From a virus, in the IMG/VR virus record IMGVR_UViG_3300045988_183134, positions 32,001-96,000 of that record: a DNA stretch of 64,000 bases; one strand, 5' to 3'. Position numbers and translations under genes: made by a program. The notes under the pieces are model-generated. The model ran no database searches. It was not told where the DNA came from and saw nothing but the letters and a program-made list of their open reading frames with translations. Position 1 is the first letter of the stretch, and each line of letters opens with the position of its first letter. Below are positions 34,486 to 43,904 of the stretch, piece after piece.

Positions 34486-36066
34486 ATGGCTAAGAAGAAT
34501 AACAACGTCACTTTCAACGTCGGCATCACCAACCATTACTTTGACGCTATTTCGCGCCAGAAGTTACCCATGAGCGATGCCGCTTGTGAGCCGGTTGATA
34601 ATGCCATCTCTAATTGCAAAGATGCCATTAACATCTTGGTCGCGATTGTGAAAGGCCATGCCAAAAACCTAATCGGTGTGGTTATTGCCGACTGGGGCAA
34701 TGGTATGTCTAAGGAAAAGCTGCCGGAAAACCTACAGTTTGGCAACGGCCACAGCAATGAGGGCCCGCTGTGCATCCATGGCGTTGGCCTGAATAATTTC
34801 ATTTTGGTTGCCACCCGCAACAAGTATCCCTGGTTCATCGCTTCCAAGCAGCCTGGAGAGGACAGCTATCACCGCGTTGACGGCCCGTTCGCCACGACCA
34901 TGACGATGTCCGAGCAGGAAGAGATTCCTATGGCAGATGTCGTTATGCGTGAGCAGTTTAAGGCTCTTGGCGCTCCTTCTACCATCATCTATGTGGAGAT
35001 GGACAAGGCTACCGCCAGCACCATGCTGACCAAGAACGGCAGCTGCGCTGAGAGCCGGGTCACCAGCCTGAACGTGCTGCGTACCTGCCTGGCTGAGCAC
35101 TTTGGTGTCAAGTACCGCAATTACTTGGCACCTGACGCTACCGGCGTTGCTCCCGCCCGTATCCTGATTCCTGATTTCCATATGGCGAATGGCAAGACGT
35201 GCGATGTGCTCGTCAAGCCTATTTTCCAGCCGTATAAGGAGAAACAGAAGGAAAAGAACTTCACTGTTGACTATGATGGGTACGAGATTCCTGTCAAGGT
35301 TGAGTGTGGTCAGCTGGATACGGATGCGACCAAAGGTGTTGTTACTGGTGGCTATGACTTGAAGCATTTCTACCAGAACAACATGCTTACGCAGGGCTTG
35401 GATATCCAGCTCGGCGAGCGTGTTATCGCCACCGCTCAGTTTGATACCATCTGGGACAAGGCTCGTCACCCGGCCTTCAACGCTTTCACCGGCGTTGTTG
35501 CTGTTGATATTTCCGGTCTGCCGCGTGGGTTCTTGAATACCCTCGCCAACAAGTCGGATATCGACCTGAGCGACAAGGGATGGCGTAAAATTTTCGACGC
35601 TATTGCCGAAAACGTGAAGCCTCTCGAAAGCGAGCCTCTCACTCTTGAGAAATATGCGCAGGATTTTGCAAATCGGCTGGTTGCAGACACCGGGAATGAA
35701 GTTGAACTCCAGTTCCCTCTGTACGCAAACCGGACTCGTATCGACGTTCTGGAACATATCGACGAGTCCCACTGCAAGATTTATGACTTCATGAGCGGCG
35801 TTGCTACTTTGAAGTCTGTAACCGAGCTGCGGACTCATTGGGATGGCATGGTTGCACAGGGCATTCAGCCTGTTTCGGCTGTGATGTTCTGCAATAAGCG
35901 CGGTCCTATGCTCAAACATACCTGCGACGAGATGAACACTCTCGTGCAGGCTATGAATGACGAGGACTTCTACATGACCCTCGAAGCTGCTGGTGGTGAT
36001 GCGTCTAAGATGCCACACTACAACTTCGATGTTATTCTTGACCAGAATATCCCCGTGAAGAAATAA
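34486..36066 (+). CDS. GHKL-superfamily ATPase (HATPase_c_3 / MORC-MutL-like N-terminal domain) with unknown C-terminal region
   Basis: N-box EPVDNAISN, G1 box ADWGNGMS, G2-like IHGVGLNNF, in the canonical order within the first ~110 aa. Confidence 0.65.
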   Translation: MAKKNNNVTFNVGITNHYFDAISRQKLPMSDAACEPVDNAISNCKDAINILVAIVKGHAKNLIGVVIADWGNGMSKEKLPENLQFGNGHSNEGPLCIHGVGLNNFILVATRNKYPWFIASKQPGEDSYHRVDGPFATTMTMSEQEEIPMADVVMREQFKALGAPSTIIYVEMDKATASTMLTKNGSCAESRVTSLNVLRTCLAEHFGVKYRNYLAPDATGVAPARILIPDFHMANGKTCDVLVKPIFQPYKEKQKEKNFTVDYDGYEIPVKVECGQLDTDATKGVVTGGYDLKHFYQNNMLTQGLDIQLGERVIATAQFDTIWDKARHPAFNAFTGVVAVDISGLPRGFLNTLANKSDIDLSDKGWRKIFDAIAENVKPLESEPLTLEKYAQDFANRLVADTGNEVELQFPLYANRTRIDVLEHIDESHCKIYDFMSGVATLKSVTELRTHWDGMVAQGIQPVSAVMFCNKRGPMLKHTCDEMNTLVQAMNDEDFYMTLEAAGGDASKMPHYNFDVILDQNIPVKK

Positions 36067-36074
36067 CATCACTT

Positions 36075-36105
36075 GCCGTCATCCGAAAGGGTGGCGGCAT
36101 TTTTT
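36075..36105 (+). terminator. rho-independent terminator
   Basis: GCCGTCATCC-gaaa-GGGTGGCGGC followed by ATTTTTT. Confidence 0.8.
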
Positions 36106-36199
36106 GTTGAGCTATTGCTTAAACATCAAGATTCCTCATGTGGAGTGTAGCGTTTTGTACCGATATATGCTATAATTGGCACAAAAAGGAGGAACCGAC

Positions 36200-36580
36200 A
36201 TGGCAGAAAATAATAACAACGGTGGCAAAAACACTAATATCATCACCAAAATTAACGATACCATTTCCAAAGTCCTGGGCGATTTCCCGCCCGTTGTTCA
36301 GACAATCGCAAAAATCGTTGTCTTCGGTGGGCTCATCCTGCTTATCGCCAAAGCCATCGGCTATATTTTCCCGGTTATTGTGAACGTTCTTTTCAACCTC
36401 TTAGTCAAAATCGTTGGCTTCTGCATTCTGGCAGCCTTTCTTTACGGCTGCTGGTACGAGGTAAAACTGCAAATGACTCGCGATGAAAACTCCTTCCTGC
36501 TGAATGAACGACTCAAGTATCAGAAAAAAGAATACGAGGAACGTGAGCACAGAAGACAAGAACGAGATAACAGACGATAA
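36200..36580 (+). CDS. membrane protein with basic coiled C-terminal tail
   Basis: SD AAGGAGG before ATG36200. Two or three TM helices, then KKEYEEREHRRQERDNRR. Confidence 0.7.
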   Translation: MAENNNNGGKNTNIITKINDTISKVLGDFPPVVQTIAKIVVFGGLILLIAKAIGYIFPVIVNVLFNLLVKIVGFCILAAFLYGCWYEVKLQMTRDENSFLLNERLKYQKKEYEEREHRRQERDNRR

Positions 36581-36637
36581 TACATAATCATACATAGGCT
36601 GTCCAGCTTCGGTTGGGCAGCTTTTTTTATTTTCCTG

Positions 36638-36665
36638 TTGCAGGCTCTTGCGAATCGTATACCAT
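36638..36665 (+). promoter_or_regulatory. promoter of the TGCGAA-spacer class (no leader)
   Basis: TTGCAG-gctct-TGCGAA-tcgta-TACCAT. Preceded by terminator 36598-36628. Confidence 0.55.
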
Positions 36666-36688
36666 AAAAAGTATGAAAGGAGTTTATC

Positions 36689-36919
36689 ATGAAAACACTT
36701 GAATCCTTTTTTAGCAGAACTGCACAGTTTGGCTTGCTCATTTATCTGACCGGCTGCTTTGGCCTGTTGATTGTTTTAGGCGCTGCAGTCGCAAAATGGC
36801 TTAAACTCATCGACGTAATTCAATATATTGCCTTTGCTTTTGGACTTGGACTCCTCACTTTGCTTATCGGCATGGTGGGTCTCTCACTCCTCGGCATTAG
36901 GGGTATTGAAGAATTTTAG
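36689..36919 (+). CDS. small membrane protein (76 aa)
   Basis: Track ORF. SD AAAGGAG upstream. Two TM helices. TAG stop. Confidence 0.65.
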   Translation: MKTLESFFSRTAQFGLLIYLTGCFGLLIVLGAAVAKWLKLIDVIQYIAFAFGLGLLTLLIGMVGLSLLGIRGIEEF

Positions 36920-37103
36920 TGGAATGACCCCATCCCACTAAGTTCCTTCAATATCACAGGCGGATGTACTTTTGTACATCAAGATGACGAGCTGCACTTG
37001 TACGGTTTTCCCAGCTTGCAACCATGCGAAGGCGTCATCTAGCCAAGGGAAACACAACCTCCTGCTTCGGCAGGAGAGATTTATCGTAAAGGAGGTGGCG
37101 AAT
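36920..37103 (+). ncRNA. candidate omega-RNA scaffold (or part of it) upstream of IscB
   Basis: Non-coding and densely paired: GATGACG...CGTCATC (36983/37033), CTCCTGC-ttcg-GCAGGAG, and ACCTCC complementary to the IscB SD GGAGGT. The position fits IscB loci. Confidence 0.35.
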
Positions 37104-38642
37104 ATGTCCACTGTTTATGTACTTAACAAAGACGGTAAACCTTTGATGCCTACGACTCGCGGCGGACATGTGCGCCACCTGCTTAAAGAGCAAAAAGCAC
37201 GAGTCGTAAGAGCAAAACCGTTTACCATCCAACTGCTGTATGAAACCAATGATGTAGTGCAGCCCCTATATTTAGGCATTGACCCTGGTAGAACCAATAT
37301 CGGCGTTGCCGTTGTTAAAGCAAATGGAACGGCAGTCTTTACGGCACATCTGGAAACTCGCAACAAAGAGGTTCCAAAATTGATGCAAGACCGTAAAAAA
37401 GCCCGCCGTGCAAGACGCACAAACGGCAGACGTTGTCGCCGTCAGCGGAGAGCTAAGGCAAATGGCACCATTTCTAAGAAGTGCGTGAAGCAAGATACTG
37501 CTCAAAGTAAGAATCCTAGCAAACGTGCAAAAGAAATTGGCATCATCAAACGTCGCCTTCCGGGTTATAAGAAAGATGTACTCTGCATTGGTATTAAAAA
37601 CAAAGAAGCAAAGTACACCAATCGCACAAGACCGGAAGGATGGCTTACGCCTACCGCGAATCAGTTGCTCCAAACACACATCAATTTGGTGAGAAAAATG
37701 CAAAAGTTCCTTCCTATCAGTGATGTTGTGCTTGAAGTAAACAAATTTGCGTTCATGCGGCTTGATAATCCTGACATTCAGAAATGGCAGTACCAACAAG
37801 GCCCACTCTACCAAAAAGGGAGTCTTGAAAATGCTGTTTCTGAAATGCAGGAACACCATTGCCTGTTCTGTGATAAACCCATCGACCATTACCACCATGT
37901 AGTGCCGCAATCCGAGAATGGCAGCAACACCATTGCCAATATCGTTGGTCTATGCGCGGAGCATCATAACCTTGTTCATAAAGATGCTGCCTGGCAAAAG
38001 AAACTTGCCAAAGAAAAAGTTGGACTTAACAAAAAGTACGGCGCTTTGAGTGTATTGAATCAAATCATTCCGGCACTGACGAATAAATTGAGTGTGCTAT
38101 TTCCAAAGCACTTTTTTGTGACAGCAGGAAAGAGCACCCATGACTATCGTGCAGCGCACGGTGTAAGTAAAGACCATTGGCTCGACGCTTACTGCATTGC
38201 TTGTTCTGTCTTGCCGAGCAATGTCTGTGATAGCAACATCAACAATCATATGCCGTATGAGCTTAAACAGTTCCGCCGTCATGATAGAAGAGTGTTAAAC
38301 AATGAAAATATGAACCGCGTGTACACACTCGATAATAAGGCAGTTGCTATAAATCGGCATAAAGCAACGGAACAAGAAGCTGCCAGCCTAGAAGAATTTC
38401 GCAAAGAGCATCCGAATGATGTTTGCAAGCTTAAAGTTAAAGAGCACCATCCAACATACAGAAACATGAACCGTAACTATCCAGGAAGCATATTTCTTGT
38501 TGGAAAGCATGTTCATATAATGCAAGGAATAGCTGGCTCTAAAGACGGAAAAGCAACAACATACAAAGACTCTAACGCAAACTCAATAACGGCGAGTAAA
38601 TGCAAATTTGTTGCAAAAAATTCTGGCATATTGTTTGTGTAG
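37104..38642 (+). CDS. iscB: IscB-type RNA-guided nuclease (OMEGA system effector)
   Basis: N-terminal PLMP domain (NKDGKPLMPT), RuvC-I LGIDPGRTNIG, Arg-rich bridge helix RKKARRARRTNGRRCRRQRR, RuvC-II VVLEVNKF, HNH CLFCDKPIDHYHHVVP...NIVGLCAEHHNLVH, and RuvC-III KDHWLDAYCIA. SD AAGGAGG before ATG37104. Confidence 0.85.
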   Translation: MSTVYVLNKDGKPLMPTTRGGHVRHLLKEQKARVVRAKPFTIQLLYETNDVVQPLYLGIDPGRTNIGVAVVKANGTAVFTAHLETRNKEVPKLMQDRKKARRARRTNGRRCRRQRRAKANGTISKKCVKQDTAQSKNPSKRAKEIGIIKRRLPGYKKDVLCIGIKNKEAKYTNRTRPEGWLTPTANQLLQTHINLVRKMQKFLPISDVVLEVNKFAFMRLDNPDIQKWQYQQGPLYQKGSLENAVSEMQEHHCLFCDKPIDHYHHVVPQSENGSNTIANIVGLCAEHHNLVHKDAAWQKKLAKEKVGLNKKYGALSVLNQIIPALTNKLSVLFPKHFFVTAGKSTHDYRAAHGVSKDHWLDAYCIACSVLPSNVCDSNINNHMPYELKQFRRHDRRVLNNENMNRVYTLDNKAVAINRHKATEQEAASLEEFRKEHPNDVCKLKVKEHHPTYRNMNRNYPGSIFLVGKHVHIMQGIAGSKDGKATTYKDSNANSITASKCKFVAKNSGILFV

Positions 38643-38718
38643 TATGAATTAAAAGTAATAAAACCACGAAAAATCTTCAATAGCCGCAAAACCGCAAACA
38701 TAAGGAGGCAAAACACGT

Positions 38719-39933
38719 ATGAGTAAAAAGATTATCAATATCACCGCAGCTGCCATGGCACTCGCCGTGACACTTTCCGGCTGCGCCACAGCTGTGGTTC
38801 AGGAACGGAAAGACCAGGCAGCCGCAGTAGCAAGCGCAGAAGCAGCACAGGCTGCCGCAACAGCAACACCGGAACCGACAGCAGAACCGACCCCGGAACC
38901 CATCAATGCCTGGTCTTTGTTGTCGAATCTCCCGGATTTCACGCCCGGCACGCTGGACAATCCTGACACTACCTGGCCGGACGGTATTCCGATGGGGCAG
39001 AGTCCTTTGTCTTACGATGACGGCAGCAAGTTCTATTCGCTGCGCAGCGTTGATACCGGCAAGACACTGGATATCACGGACGTTGCATTACAGGATGTAC
39101 GGGATTTGCCTGTAAAGGGATATCTGAAATTGAACGAACTTGAAAACGGTGATACAGTCATTGGTGAAATCAATGCAGAATCCACAGGCGAAGGCGTAGA
39201 AAAGGAAATCAGTGATTTTTCCATTCACACTGCCAGCAAGGATGACGGCTGTGACTATTATCCGATTGGATATAACGGCGGTTCACTGACCTTGATGCTG
39301 GACGGTCGTGCAGCCAATGATGATGGCATCAATATCGGCGATGCGTTCCTTGACGGTCTCTATTATTCGTCTGTCACTCCGGACAAATTCGACGGCTATC
39401 CGACCGACGGAGAGCCGGAGGAACAGTTCAACTTCCTGTATGGTTTGTTTGGCAATCCGTCCGGTCTCTACTGGACAAACAACGATTCTGTCGCTTTCAA
39501 TTCCAGCAAGCAGTATCGTACCTTTGAAGATTTCCGAGATGCAGATTATGATGTTGAAATTGGCGGCAAGAACTTCTATCTGGTTTGGAACTATGACGGG
39601 TATAGTGTTGTTGCGGCGTGCAACGATACCTTTGACAGCGCTAATGTGAAGGGCACTACGATTCAGGATATTTACTTGTTCCCGAACATGACAGAAACCA
39701 AGTACCTAGTCGAAAATTCCGGCAGCCTGATTAGCGGTTATCTGGGTTATGGTGAAGTTCCCGTCATCTTGACTGGTACATACACATCAGTCAACAGTGA
39801 TTCGACTGTCGAACAGGATACAAGCGCAGAAGAAAACACCGACGCTGAATCTGGTGACAATTCCACGGCGGACGAAAACGCTGAGTCCAGTTCCGATGAT
39901 AACAGCAACAGTTCGGAAAATTCCGATTCTTAA
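38719..39933 (+). CDS. lipoprotein with acidic low-complexity C-terminus
   Basis: Signal and lipobox MSKKIINITAAAMALAVTLSGC. SD AAGGAGG upstream. Confidence 0.8.
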   Translation: MSKKIINITAAAMALAVTLSGCATAVVQERKDQAAAVASAEAAQAAATATPEPTAEPTPEPINAWSLLSNLPDFTPGTLDNPDTTWPDGIPMGQSPLSYDDGSKFYSLRSVDTGKTLDITDVALQDVRDLPVKGYLKLNELENGDTVIGEINAESTGEGVEKEISDFSIHTASKDDGCDYYPIGYNGGSLTLMLDGRAANDDGINIGDAFLDGLYYSSVTPDKFDGYPTDGEPEEQFNFLYGLFGNPSGLYWTNNDSVAFNSSKQYRTFEDFRDADYDVEIGGKNFYLVWNYDGYSVVAACNDTFDSANVKGTTIQDIYLFPNMTETKYLVENSGSLISGYLGYGEVPVILTGTYTSVNSDSTVEQDTSAEENTDAESGDNSTADENAESSSDDNSNSSENSDS

Positions 39934-39949
39934 TTCTAAAAAATAGTTA

Positions 39950-40066
39950 TTGCGTATTCGTGCGAAACGCATACAATAAAAATTGTATGATAGATAACAG
40001 CACACATACGCTATAATTTCACAATTCTGAGAAGCAGACTATCCGTTTGGAGGTCTGCTTTTTTTG
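39950..40066 (+). promoter_or_regulatory. module copy 7
   Basis: TTGCGT-attcg-TGCGAA-acgca-TACAAT. Leader TTGTATGATAGATAAC..CATAC (compensated P1). Hairpin GCAGACTATCC-gttt-GGAGGTCTGC followed by T7. Confidence 0.65.
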
Positions 40067-40128
40067 TTGGAATTTTGCGGTGCTTTGCTGACGTTTATCG
40101 TAACTAAACACTACAAGGAGAAAGAAAA

Positions 40129-40452
40129 ATGACCGTAACGAACACTGTAACAGAAACAGAACACTTAACTCCCCTGCGTTCCGCTGTAGAGCACATCAAC
40201 TGGAATACTTTGTACCAGCAGAAAATGGCTCTCGAAGAAGTCTCTGACATGCTCTATGCCAAGAGAAAAGAGGATGACACGTTTGGCAAGGCTTCCGCCT
40301 GGCTCGAAAGCGTCATTGCACTCATGGAACGCTTGGGGGATGCAGCAGAAGAGGAAGGAAAGTTTAATTATCCCGAGCGGGACGAAAACGATGAACATCT
40401 GGATAACAGGTTCAATCATGTGTTGAATCAGTACCCGGATGTGGATATCTGA
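40129..40452 (+). CDS. hypothetical acidic protein
   Basis: Track ORF. SD AAGGAG upstream. Confidence 0.75.
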   Translation: MTVTNTVTETEHLTPLRSAVEHINWNTLYQQKMALEEVSDMLYAKRKEDDTFGKASAWLESVIALMERLGDAAEEEGKFNYPERDENDEHLDNRFNHVLNQYPDVDI

Positions 40453-40473
40453 CCAGTTCATATCAGGAGGACA

Positions 40474-40719
40474 ATGATGCGGATTAACAGCAGTTGTGTG
40501 CTTCACAGCACCACGAGTCTCAACGCAAGAGTTCTTCCGCTCATTGGACGGGTCGGAACTCTTGAGCTGTCAAGTGGGCAGCCACTCGTATTCAAAACAA
40601 CAACACCAAAGCAACAAGACGTCCTGCGTACCAGCACAGTAAAAGCTATTGGCTTTGCAGGAAGCAGAATTTTTGTCAAAACCGAAAGAGGAACCCAATA
40701 CACATTTGAATTCCAATAA
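40474..40719 (+). CDS. hypothetical protein
   Basis: Track ORF. SD AGGAGG 3-6 nt before ATGATG. Terminator at 40727-40775. Confidence 0.65.
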   Translation: MMRINSSCVLHSTTSLNARVLPLIGRVGTLELSSGQPLVFKTTTPKQQDVLRTSTVKAIGFAGSRIFVKTERGTQYTFEFQ

Positions 40720-40802
40720 CACCCAAGCGGCCACTAATCTCATTTTTTATAGATTGGCGGCCGCTTTTATTTTTATCATTTTTTTGAAAGGAAGTTTTTA
40801 AC

Positions 40803-41687
40803 ATGAATTTCATCAATGCCGCCACCAAGAAAGAACGCACCCATGTAGAAGAAATTATCAAGTCTCAGCCTGTTATGCCTCATGAAGGCATAACTGCCAC
40901 TGAGATTGGTATTTGCGGCAAGCAGAATCTTTTCATGGACGTTTATCGCCCGGATAACGATGCCGAAAAGCATCCGATTATCATCGATATCCATGGCGGC
41001 GGCTTGATTGCTGGCCGGAAAGAACAGAATCAGAACCTGGCAACCTGGCTCGCTAAGGAAGGCTATCTCACCTTTGTACCGGATTACCGTCTGGTCCCTG
41101 AAACCAACATCTTTGGTCAAATCACTGATGTCATCAATGCGTTTGCTACTGTAGCTGAATGCGCTGAAGACTTCGGTGGTGACTTGAATCAGGTCTTTGT
41201 AGTAGCCGACAGCGCTGGCGCATTCCTTGCCTGCATGGCAAGCTCTATTCTCCGCTATCCTGTCAAGATGCAGCCGGTAGAGGACGAACTGGAAGAGAAC
41301 GTACCCGAGGCAGCCAAGAAGCTCGTCATCAACGCGATGGGCCTGCAGAGCGGTATGTATTACATCTACAAGGGCCAGGTAGGTTTGCTTCAGAACTACT
41401 ATATGTCTAAGGGCTGGAAGAATCACAGTTATGCTGAGTTCATCAAGCCTGAAACCTATTCCAAACTCATCCCCCCGTGCTATATCTGCACCGGGAAAAA
41501 GGACTTTCTCAAGAAACAGACTTTTGGGTTTAAGAAATGCCTCGAAAACGAGCGCGTTCACCACGACTACGGTTTTGTTTCCAAGAGAGAAACGGTCCAT
41601 GCTTTTGCAGCGCTCTATCCTGAGACTGAATCTGCAGTCGGTGTGAACCGCGAGATGATTCGATTCTTTGACACCTTCAAAAAATAA
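40803..41687 (+). CDS. alpha/beta hydrolase (HSL/Aes-type carboxylesterase)
   Basis: Oxyanion motif DIHGGGLIAG (HGGG) and nucleophile elbow VVADSAGA (GxSxG-type GDSAG). Confidence 0.75.
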   Translation: MNFINAATKKERTHVEEIIKSQPVMPHEGITATEIGICGKQNLFMDVYRPDNDAEKHPIIIDIHGGGLIAGRKEQNQNLATWLAKEGYLTFVPDYRLVPETNIFGQITDVINAFATVAECAEDFGGDLNQVFVVADSAGAFLACMASSILRYPVKMQPVEDELEENVPEAAKKLVINAMGLQSGMYYIYKGQVGLLQNYYMSKGWKNHSYAEFIKPETYSKLIPPCYICTGKKDFLKKQTFGFKKCLENERVHHDYGFVSKRETVHAFAALYPETESAVGVNREMIRFFDTFKK

Positions 41688-41702
41688 CAAGGAGCATATT
41701 TT

Positions 41703-42113
41703 ATGACTCACAACGAAATGGTTCATGGTCTCTGCACGCAGGAAACTATTACCGTACAGGACTTTGCTGAACTGATACGATTCACGCTCGATGCCAATGA
41801 AGAAGTCATCTACGACGGATGGATTAACGTCTACGTCCCTATCTGGTTCGATGCAGACAAAGCATTTGGCCTTGATTTGAACTCAGAAGAAAATGCAGAT
41901 TGGATTAACATGTACATTGACTGGCATCCGGACGATACCATTCGTACATACATTTCCTACTGCAACAATTCCACCGATGACCCCGACTTCAATCTCGAAA
42001 TCATCATGAGCCCTCACCACCGGGAATTGTTCAATGCGTATTTCAAAGAACAGTTTAAGGCGGTTTATCACATGAGTGTCGAAGAAGCGTGGGCTAAATT
42101 CGGCACCGAATAA
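41703..42113 (+). CDS. hypothetical acidic protein
   Basis: Track ORF. SD AAGGAG upstream. Confidence 0.75.
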   Translation: MTHNEMVHGLCTQETITVQDFAELIRFTLDANEEVIYDGWINVYVPIWFDADKAFGLDLNSEENADWINMYIDWHPDDTIRTYISYCNNSTDDPDFNLEIIMSPHHRELFNAYFKEQFKAVYHMSVEEAWAKFGTE

Positions 42114-42132
42114 TATAGTGAGGAGATATATC

Positions 42133-42621
42133 ATGGCACGTAAAGAAATCAAAATTTTCATGGACGCCAAGGAAGCTGCCAGTTTCCTGAAAACTATCGA
42201 TTGGTCCTGGCTGTTCGGCTTTCTCAGTGAGCGCTATAACGTTTCGCTCAGCCCTCACAAAGAGCTGAAAGACAACGGCGCAGCAATCATCAAGGTCGAA
42301 TGGCCTGATGAACTGATTGAAAAGTGCGGAATGATGGCTGATGTCTTCTCGTCAGTCAAGCTCGTCACGTTCGATTCGTATTTCAAGGAAATCGTGGAAT
42401 ACGATGAAGATAAGTTCAATGAAGAACGTGAAGCATGGCTTACCAATCCGACAAAGACGTTCAGCTATCTCGATTGCGAGGGCATCGTCAAGGAACGGAC
42501 TCTTGCGCTGAACATCTCCCTTCGCTATACGCTGTATGACGGAGGCTACAATTTCGCAACGCTGCTCTATGCGGTTTATTCCGATGTGAACGGCTGGACT
42601 GTACAGATGAAAAAGGAGTAA
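42133..42621 (+). CDS. hypothetical protein, paralog of 54771..55286
   Basis: Shared IDW..LF.F..RY...WP(D/E).L..KCG...GGYNFA.L....Y....GW motif. SD GAGGAG before ATG42133. Confidence 0.75.
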   Translation: MARKEIKIFMDAKEAASFLKTIDWSWLFGFLSERYNVSLSPHKELKDNGAAIIKVEWPDELIEKCGMMADVFSSVKLVTFDSYFKEIVEYDEDKFNEEREAWLTNPTKTFSYLDCEGIVKERTLALNISLRYTLYDGGYNFATLLYAVYSDVNGWTVQMKKE

Positions 42622-42626
42622 TAGCA

Positions 42627-43169
42627 ATGGTTGAAATGGCATTCAAAGTAAATCCCGGTTCCGAATTCTACAAGAATTATTTTTCGACAAAGGAGGAAAA
42701 AGCGCACTTCGTTGAAATTGCAAAGCAGTTCTTCGACAAATATTTCCCTGATGAGAAGCTTTCGTATGTTTTGAATGACCGGTTGACGGTCGAATTGACA
42801 CCAGAGCTGCTCGCCAAATACGAATCTCAGGTCATGAAACGCCGTGACCCTCACGGTTTTGTCATCTTCAAACAGCGTTCGCCCATGAACTGCCTGTGGG
42901 AAGATGAGGTCTGTAAGAACGTGAACGGCAAGAAATTCCTTGCCAACCAGTTCTGGTGGGCCAACTTCAACGGTTTTGGCCGCATCACTACGGAGCTGTG
43001 GGATGATGAGCAGGGAAATATCTACGGATATTATTCCTGCGAATATGCAACTCGCAGCACCAAGGTTCCAGACACCGTTACGCAGATTAAGCTGAGTGAA
43101 TATCACGCGGCTTGCGAAGCATACACGGAAGCCAAAAAAGCAACTGCTGACGCCGCTGCTACAGCTTGA
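42627..43169 (+). CDS. hypothetical protein
   Basis: Track ORF. SD AAGGAG upstream. Confidence 0.75.
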   Translation: MVEMAFKVNPGSEFYKNYFSTKEEKAHFVEIAKQFFDKYFPDEKLSYVLNDRLTVELTPELLAKYESQVMKRRDPHGFVIFKQRSPMNCLWEDEVCKNVNGKKFLANQFWWANFNGFGRITTELWDDEQGNIYGYYSCEYATRSTKVPDTVTQIKLSEYHAACEAYTEAKKATADAAATA

Positions 43170-43296
43170 CGCTGCTTGCGATGCCGGTAAAATTGTGAAT
43201 GTACGATAGATAGCATCTGCGCATTTCAGCACTCGTACAATTCACAAACTGATACAACTAGGCAGACTCATCACCACGATGGGCCTGCCTTTTTTG
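43166..43296 (+). promoter_or_regulatory. module copy 8
   Basis: TTGACG-ctgct-TGCGAT-gccgg-TAAAAT. Leader TGTACGATAGATAGC...TCGTACAATTCACAA. Hairpin GGCAGACTCATC...GATGGGCCTGCC followed by T6. Confidence 0.75.
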
Positions 43297-43319
43297 TTTA
43301 CAGAAAAAGGAGAAAAAAT

Positions 43320-43889
43320 ATGAACACAAAACGAATCAAAGAATTGGCTGCACTGACCGATGGAGAACTCGCAAGGAAACTTCTCATCCAGGAGTTTGGC
43401 AATGACTCTGAAACCCATTGGGGAAACAACGCACACGATGAACGTGTGATGGTTACTATCAATCCAGACGGAATCGCTCAAAGGACCTGGGAATCCGACC
43501 ATTGGGTTCGCCTTGACGAATTCGACAAAGACGGTTTCTATGCCCGTGAGATTTACGAGGGAAAATGGGTCGATGAGCCATTGCCCAAAAACGTCATTGC
43601 ACGAAATGTCACAATTGCTGCACCGAAACCTATTCAGCAGGAATCCAAAGACACTGAAATTCTTCGAGCGGCACAAGTCCTGTGCAAGCAGCTGACCGGA
43701 GATGACACCTTTGGATGGAATCCTGAGCTTCTTGCACAGATTGCGGATTGCACGGCAGCTTTGCTTGCCACCAACGGAATCAGCTCTCATTTTCCGAGCG
43801 CCAATACTGAACCCATCTGCTCTTGGGAAAAGCCGGTCGTCGAATATCAGCGTCCGGATTACGCCCTGGAGTATGGTACTAACTACTAA
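43320..43889 (+). CDS. hypothetical protein
   Basis: Track ORF. SD AAAGGAG upstream. Confidence 0.75.
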   Translation: MNTKRIKELAALTDGELARKLLIQEFGNDSETHWGNNAHDERVMVTINPDGIAQRTWESDHWVRLDEFDKDGFYAREIYEGKWVDEPLPKNVIARNVTIAAPKPIQQESKDTEILRAAQVLCKQLTGDDTFGWNPELLAQIADCTAALLATNGISSHFPSANTEPICSWEKPVVEYQRPDYALEYGTNY

Positions 43890-43904
43890 AACGAGGAGGA
43901 TATC

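Noticed and set aside
43702-43904. The 5' extension of track ORF 43702..44292.
   Set aside because: It overlaps the 3' end of 43320..43889 in another frame and has no SD. The real start signal is the SD and ATG at 43905, which is in a different frame (see the frameshift finding).
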